Of a stretch of 55,334 nucleotides of DNA, positions 48,751 to 55,334 are shown in pieces. Each line of letters opens with the position of its first letter. Position 1 is the stretch's first letter. Under the pieces are notes generated by a model. It saw only the letters and a program-made list of their open reading frames with translations, was not told the origin of the DNA and made no database searches. The position numbers and the translations under genes are program-made. Source of the DNA: Nymphon striatum (Eukaryota); the NCBI GenBank assembly GCA_016618385.1, contig JABFOP010000807.1, positions 280,216 through 335,549 of the forward strand, given 5' to 3'.

Positions 48751-51323
48751 ATAATCAGATATACAGGAAAGACAATGATTGGAAAGTATACCCCATATTT
48801 TGGAGGTTATCTATCCTCTGAAATTTTCAAAATATGTTCAAATGTTACTTTGTGCATCTATATTTTTGGTCCGTTTAATTGAAGAATTGGGTGTTAAAAG
48901 ATAGGACATTAAAAAACATTTTAATTGTTAATATAGACAATAACTTAGCTGGAAAAATGTGGGAATGCAGGCACATATAAAGGTATGAAAATGATTATTG
49001 ATATTCATGAATGAAATAGGACACATTAAATTGAAATATCAAAATAAAATAAAATCAAAATAACATATATAATCAAAAAAAATTTAAGTGAAATCAGATT
49101 GATAGCCTAAGTATTTCTGAAAAAGAAAATGAGAAATCTAATACTCTTCCATTATGTGGAACAGCCATTAACTTTAGAAAGAAACTTAAAACTTGGATTT
49201 CAGATGATGTCATATAAAAGTTATGTCATTGGAACCTTTTGTTATACATAATTAGTTCCATTAAACGACCCAACACTTTACATAACTTGAGATATATCAA
49301 TTTACATAAAAAAAAAAAAGATAGAATTAATTATAAGTATAGTTAAAAATATTATATTATTTTCATAAAGAAATTTAAAGTTAAAAAAAAAAAAAAACGA
49401 ACTACGTAGTCATTTTTTAGAACACAACAAATTATATTTCAAATTAAGGTAGGAAAAACCATTAAACGCGAACCTCATTCCTACTCTGAGTTAATCATCA
49501 AGCAGAATTTGCTAGCTTATCAACCATATATAACGCGAGATATTTTAAATGACGGCCATCATTGTATACGGTGGCCAACCAGCACAGCGGAGCTAATACG
49601 CCAAGTCATGACGAGTGCTAATTTCAGTTTATCGATGTCATCTTGCATATGCTTCTGGTTGACCTTCAATTCGTTAACAACACGGAATGTTTCTAAATTG
49701 ATATCTGAGGAAAAAATGGATGTCATTTAATATTAAATATTTTCAAATTCAACAAATCAAAACTATGTCAACTATCAAAAGAAAAATTAAATAACAAAAA
49801 CCGAACATGGTAAAGAACGTCAAAGCTGCATCAAATTAGAATTTTAAAAAATTAGAATTACGTATCAATCTTTGAAAATCTGCCATGGTTGGCACTGCAC
49901 TTGCCTTGAAAGTAGAGCCGTGCTTACACACGGCATTCTGTGCGAGGTAGTGTCTCCAGTTGCGATCTATCTAAAGAATAAGGCTGATTGCATATCGGTC
50001 CATGAAGAGGATGAATTTTTGGAGGGATGTAATTACGTGGTTTACAGGAGACTTGTGACAGGCGTGGTGTTGATGTGAATCTTGGAAGATCATCTCCATC
50101 ACTGTTATCAGAAAATTGTGGAATAGGTGGCATTTCCTCAGAGGTTTAATTAGTTTTTCCATATATAAATCTGTTTAAATAGACCAATCATAATAAAAGT
50201 AAAATATAAAGAGTCCGTAAAATACACTCGAAACATTAGGTGATAGTCATGAAATTAAAAACATAATTCATTGGAATAAGTCAGGACGTTCAATAATGGA
50301 TTGTTAAATAACTTCACAAATATATTTCAAAAAATCCCATTTCATTAATCATTATAACTTCATATTTCATATATATTATAACTAATAGTATATTTAGTAT
50401 TCTTGTATCTATTATCTATTTGACAATGCTATATATACCGCCCCGTTATTCTTAAATTTCTAGAAAACTGTACCAATAATTAATCATTTACATGTTAATA
50501 TGTCAGTCTTATCAATAGTTCATCTCTACTTTCAAATGATTAAAAATGTAACAATCATATTTTATTGGAAGATCTATTGCAGGCCTATTTATTTATTATA
50601 TACTAATTTTGATACATTTACATATTTAAAAACTGATCACAAGCAGTTAAAAGGAAAATACTGAAGATATATATATATGCTTCATACTATACTTTCTGGA
50701 TCCATTTCATCGCTAGATGAGAACTGCCGCTTTTTGACCATTTTTCTTTTTTGTGGTTCAGGGTTTGTTGCCGTATCATCAGTTTGAGTGTCGTTAAGTG
50801 TGACATTTCCAGCCGATGAATCTGATCTTATATCAGACAGGCATTGATCAGCCAATTCATAAGATTCTGAAATAAGCAACAGAGTCAATTCCAGAGAAAG
50901 GTTCTACTTTTCACGATTTTTCAAATTCAACATTATATAAAGGATACGTGATGAGTGCCTGTCGTATACAAAATATTTGAAGCTCGTAAATATTGTTGTT
51001 TCTTTCAGCGAGCCTAGGCGAGCTGAAAATAAATCACTATTAGCGAGTTTCATATATTCTGTATACGACGTTGTCAAATTTGGTATTCTGTTTATCGATA
51101 TCACATAAATGTATCTTATTTTATATTTTGGCCTTGTTTTTTCTTGCATTTAATCAATAAAATGTTAATAGCCTGTTTGAAAATATGTTAGTCTTAACTG
51201 AAAAGAAATTGTTATATATAATCTGCTAACTTACAAGCAATTTTAGCACAAAAATATTATTAATAAATATAATATTTCTGAATAAGTGTGATGTATTAAT
51301 GATTAATATATGAAGAGTACGCA

Positions 51324-51710
51324 GGCAGAACGATCAAAGTCACATTTTCATGAAATGACCGGAAATCGACTCATCGGGAGCTTATAATAATGAAAGCTTC
51401 CTTCTAATATCAGCCAAACAGAGAAAAACGATCAGATTCTTTCGCTGTGGCTTGCTTGACAAATTAACTCCAGAGCTCCCCTAGAGTAAGAACGATCAAT
51501 GACAATGTCCAAGGACCAAGTTGCCCGATGTCCAAAGTGAAAGTTCTAGGAGTATACTCAGGCCTCGTTCCATGCGCATTCCCATCAAACTTGCTAAGTT
51601 TGGCATATTTTACTTTTACAGAAATGAAATGAGAAAGTTTTGGAGCCTTTAATTTTTTTTTTTTTTTTTTCTCAAACAAAACTAAGAAATGTGACTTTGA
51701 TCGTTCTGCC
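51324..51710. mobile_element. MITE with perfect 24-bp TIRs (ggcagaacgatcaaagtcacattt)
   Basis: 51324-51347 is the exact reverse complement of 51687-51710. It is 387 bp with an internal poly-T tract. Confidence 0.75.
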
Positions 51711-52225
51711 CGAAATTCAGTCAGACAATACATAGGTACTCAAATCCCCTGATACATATAGTCATATGCATTTACAAATGTCTGATTAATTAGGAGATTA
51801 TAATATATATCATGAAAAGTTCATGAACTATGGCTATGGTTAAATATGGCCAAATAGTCCGTGTGGTACCTAAATTCGCAAAATTCTTGAATATAAAATA
51901 TAAATGAAAATATAGATAACGGTCGTACATGATGATGAGAAGAATATCATCTACTATTATCTAGACTATGTAACGTTATTATATCATGTTTCTCGCGACA
52001 GATCTTTAAAACGGAATGGAATAAATTTATTTGCTCACCTTTTAAGTTTTAGGCTTTTTTCCAAATTCTTGCTTTTCCGCCATTTCTTTACTTTAATATA
52101 TATGCAGCATGGTCTGTAATGTCCGTTAAGCTGCCTGTTGAGCATGTGTTGAAATAAAACGAGCGGGAGGATTTATTAACAAAGGAAACGAGATTCACGC
52201 ATGCGACATCTGGCGGAAAAATTGT

Positions 52226-52605
52226 ATGATATCACACACGTGAGTTACATGTGATCTCACAGTGATATCATGTCTGTGATATCATACACGTGATATCACT
52301 GTGATAACACACGTAACTCACGTGTGTGATCTCACAGACATGATATCACTGTGAGATCACTGTGATATCATACATTTTTTGTTTTTAATGCTTGGAAATA
52401 GAAAAAAAAAGGAATATTTATGATATCACTGTGACATCACTGTTATGTCACACTTGTGATATCACACATGTGAGATCACTGTGAGGTCACTGTGATATCA
52501 TACTCGTGATATCACAGACATGATATCATTGTGAGATCACTGTGATACCATACTTGTGATATCACGCATGTGAGTTACATGTGATATCACTGTGATATCC
52601 TGTGA
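52226..52605. repeat. GATATC-rich palindromic satellite (gtgatatcac / gtgagatcac / cacgtgag units), a second locus of the 47.5-kb family
   Basis: It is a dense array of GTGATATCAC-type decamers arranged as nested palindromes around 52380. Confidence 0.8.
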
Positions 52606-53194
52606 GACTATTTCTTGACTGGGTATTCAGGAACATCCGCGGGGTCAAACTGCACCCACTAATGGAAAGTTTGGCCTTCAAAAGCCAGCGGTTTGGCCGG
52701 CCATAGGCTACAGACAAACGCACACACACATAGGCTCTAACGTGGATATAAATATAAGTATAAATAAATAAATAAATTATCATCAGTGAACATATGTATA
52801 ATATATGTATTACACCTGATTACACATACATTCGCTGATGATGATTTGGCATTTATTTTAATTAACTTTTACCGCTTCAAGTTTCAAAGAATACTGTATT
52901 TTTAGTGTAGTGTCACCGAATATAGCTGTCGTTTTTGAAAAGTATATTTTATCTTTTCATAAGTTTTGTGAAATTACTTATTATTAATTTTATTTTCTGT
53001 TTTCTTTTTTCAAATCACAAACTTTCCCATCATTTCTTGTTCTGACATACATGATACAATATTTGTTTACTTTTCATCGATTATCCGAAAGGCTCTTTTA
53101 TTTGATGACTTGATTGAATATTTTCGGTTTTCGTGCAAAAATGGGTTCTGATATTGGGAAAAATTCTCAAACTTTTTATTTTATTAACCTTATA

Positions 53195-53345
53195 AGGCTT
53201 ATTGCACTAAACGAGTGGTATAAGATCTGGATTCTGGGCTAGAGTGACTCAAGTTCAAATCTCATTTGATCCCTCCACTCTTTACGATTACCTACGACTA
53301 CGTTAACTGTGTATTTCTCTCTCAAAGATAGGGACTTGCGTATTT
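53195..53345 (+). mobile_element. SINE 5' head copy (ttattgcactaaac + tRNA-like)
   Basis: It carries ggcttattgcactaaacgagtggtataagatctggattctgggctagagtgactcaagttcaaatc with box A and box B-like elements. The leader is shared with 8955-8998 and the reverse complement of 44756-44800. Confidence 0.55.
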
Positions 53346-53540
53346 TTTCAAATTTCAATGAAATAAAATTTAAATAATTACATTAAAATGAACTAACTGT
53401 AACCTTTAATTTGAGCTATAGAACATGACATAACACTACATAGTTCTCGAGATATGTTGAATTAAAGTTGTGAAAAATAAAAATGTTTTCCAGTTATAGT
53501 TTGCATGGCGACACGCATAGGCAAAAGTTGAGAGAGATTT

Positions 53541-54075
53541 ACATAAATAATGCATCACTCTGCCAAATTTCAGCGTTTCCTCTGTGTAAAAAAAAAAACA
53601 AAAAAAAGGGGGGGGGGAATTTTGGGCGGTTTTTTCCCCGTGTATAGCGAGCAATGCCATTTTGGATCAATATGGCGATTGACACTCAAGACCCCCACGG
53701 TTCGCTAGTTACATAATAATGCATCACTATGCCAAATTTCAGCGTCTGATGTGTAAAAATGCGCCCGTGTATAGCGAAACAAACACACCACACAGTTTGG
53801 CGCCATTTGGATTCAATGGCGATGATACTCAAGACCCCCACGCTCTCTAAGTTACATAATAATGCATCACTATGCCAAATTTCAGCGTGTCTATGTGTAA
53901 AAATGCGCCCGTGTAATAGCGAACAAACACACACACACCAGTTTGGCGCATTTGGATTCAATATGGCGATGACACTCTGAACCCCACGGTTCGCCAAGTT
54001 ACATAATAATGCATCACTATGCCAAATTTCAGCGTCTTATGTGTAAAAAAATGCGCCTGTGTATAGCGATCAAAC
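53541..54075. repeat. Minisatellite, about 150-bp unit x 4 (acataataatgcatcactatgccaaatttcagcg...gtgtatagcga)
   Basis: The units start at 53541, 53710, 53864 and 54000. Confidence 0.85.
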
Positions 54076-54544
54076 AAACGGAAACTTCATTATTAATAAG
54101 ATTGAAAAAATTCAATAAAATAACAACACAATCAAATTTAGTCTGTTAAAAAAATATTTTAAAATATTTCTTTTAAAATATAATTTTTTTTACCAAAACC
54201 CGAATATAACCCAACCTCATACAACGAGTGGACCATCCAATCTACAATCCTACACAAATCATGAAATTTGCCATTTTTGCCATTGTTAATTAGTTCGGTA
54301 CTGTACTGGAATGAGCACATCAATCCAATTTCACTCCCATGCTCCTAACCGTACGATTACAAGGGTTGTATCCACACTTTTCGTGCAGAATTGAAATATC
54401 TTCCTGTTAAATGCATATCAGTAATCAGCCTCATATGGAAGAAGTTATATCAACACAAGTTTTTATTTCAAGTGGAAATCATCCAATTGAAATTATCATA
54501 TTCGATCATATGGGTTTATGGCAGCTGAAGGCTGTATCAAATCT

Positions 54545-54775
54545 GACTGAATGCAATGCTTCTCTGCAGAAATACAAGCCATGACAAGCGAGCTCTATTT
54601 CTCATGCTACAGCCAAAAATTGGCAAACCTCGCAGGTGTCCACTGACCAGGACCTTTTACTCTAATCTTGTTCGAATAGTTATGTGTGTTTTTAACGTGA
54701 AGAGGGTGCAACTCTCCTTTACACGGGACTTTCATTGACACCCTATCTAGGAGACAGTATATTTTCTCTCTTAAG
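54545..54775 (-). mobile_element. SINE body copy (minus orientation)
   Basis: It carries aatacaagccatgacaagcgagctctatttctcatgctacagcc...ttgttcgaatagttatgtgtgtttttaacgtgaagagggtgcaactctcc. Confidence 0.65.
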
Positions 54776-55334
54776 ACTTAATTAATTAAACCAGCCTGGA
54801 CATAGGCACGCAGATTATGGAGATGGATCGGCCACCATCCTCAGAAAAGATCCAAAAGAGGATACAACAAGTGGCACTAAATGGACACCACCAGGAAGGA
54901 GAAGCGATCTGCAATGGGAGGCCAAAAGGCAACGTGGTGATAAAAGGAAAGAATGCAGCAGGCCGCTTCTTAAGATTAGCGAAAGAGAGAGGAAGGTGGA
55001 AAGGTTTTTCACGGCCGATGTGCCTCTAGGCACGACAAGAATACAGTAGATAGATTTTGTCTTTGATAGTGTACTTGCAAATCGTGGGAGGGCGCTGTGT
55101 TTTCGTACTGGGAAAATCGCTTATGGATTATTGTCCAAAAATAAAACGTGCAGGCTGACACAGAAAAAGTCCGTGTTTTGTCGTAGAATGGCAGCACTGA
55201 TTTCTCATGAATGTCAATTCTTAAAAGTAGAAAGCCGTAGCTACGTATTGAGAACCATTTCTTTGCTTGTGAATTGTTATTTTATTTTTAAAAATAAACA
55301 AAACTAATTTCTTTTTTTTACATGAAATTGCCAT

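Noticed and set aside
53686-53997. 103-aa minus ORF and 73-aa plus ORF
   Set aside because: Both run through a 150-bp-unit minisatellite, so their periodic composition is a repeat artefact.
1-55334. Prokaryotic-style operon or defence system (as the prompt suggests may exist)
   Set aside because: No long uninterrupted ORFs or operon organisation were found. The window is a metazoan locus, and the long-TIR nuclease transposon is the nearest thing to an undescribed system. Several candidate-exon ORFs, a THAP-like ORF and the nuclease-family ORF at 40772-41997 are listed as low-confidence coding features instead.

Overview
This is eukaryotic (metazoan) nuclear DNA, AT-rich and repeat-dense, and it does not contain a prokaryotic locus. 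It has GT-AG introns, tRNA-derived SINEs, RTE-type LINE tails, Penelope-like GIY-YIG fragments, a hAT transposase pseudogene and many MITEs and foldbacks. The one clear host gene is a 13-exon phosphorylase kinase gamma catalytic-subunit (PHKG) homolog on the + strand. Its coding exons run from 5333 to 18437 and give about 392 aa with kinase motifs [20 protein letters not shown] and the C-terminal [15 protein letters not shown] calmodulin-binding region. The rest of the window is a transposon landscape with unusual nesting. A 1-kb foldback with about 375-bp arms sits in PHKG intron 6. A degenerate hAT (Tip100/Charlie-like) element contains a nested RTE tail. A 3.5-kb element has 560-bp terminal inverted repeats (TIRs) around a retroelement integrase remnant. 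A 7.7-kb Russian-doll insertion (34.6 to 42.3 kb) lies inside a small TIR element whose uninterrupted paralog is at 30.8 kb. Inside that insertion is a 3.3-kb long-TIR element carrying a frameshifted FEN1/XPG-like (PIN plus H3TH) nuclease ORF. A second paralogous nuclease ORF lies in inverted orientation. There is a perfect about 480-bp-arm palindrome built from Penelope-like element 3' ends, and GATATC-rich satellites occur at two loci. The most interesting candidate for a poorly described system is the PIN/FEN-like nuclease family in the long-TIR transposon, possibly Academ-like. I found no defence or operon-type system.
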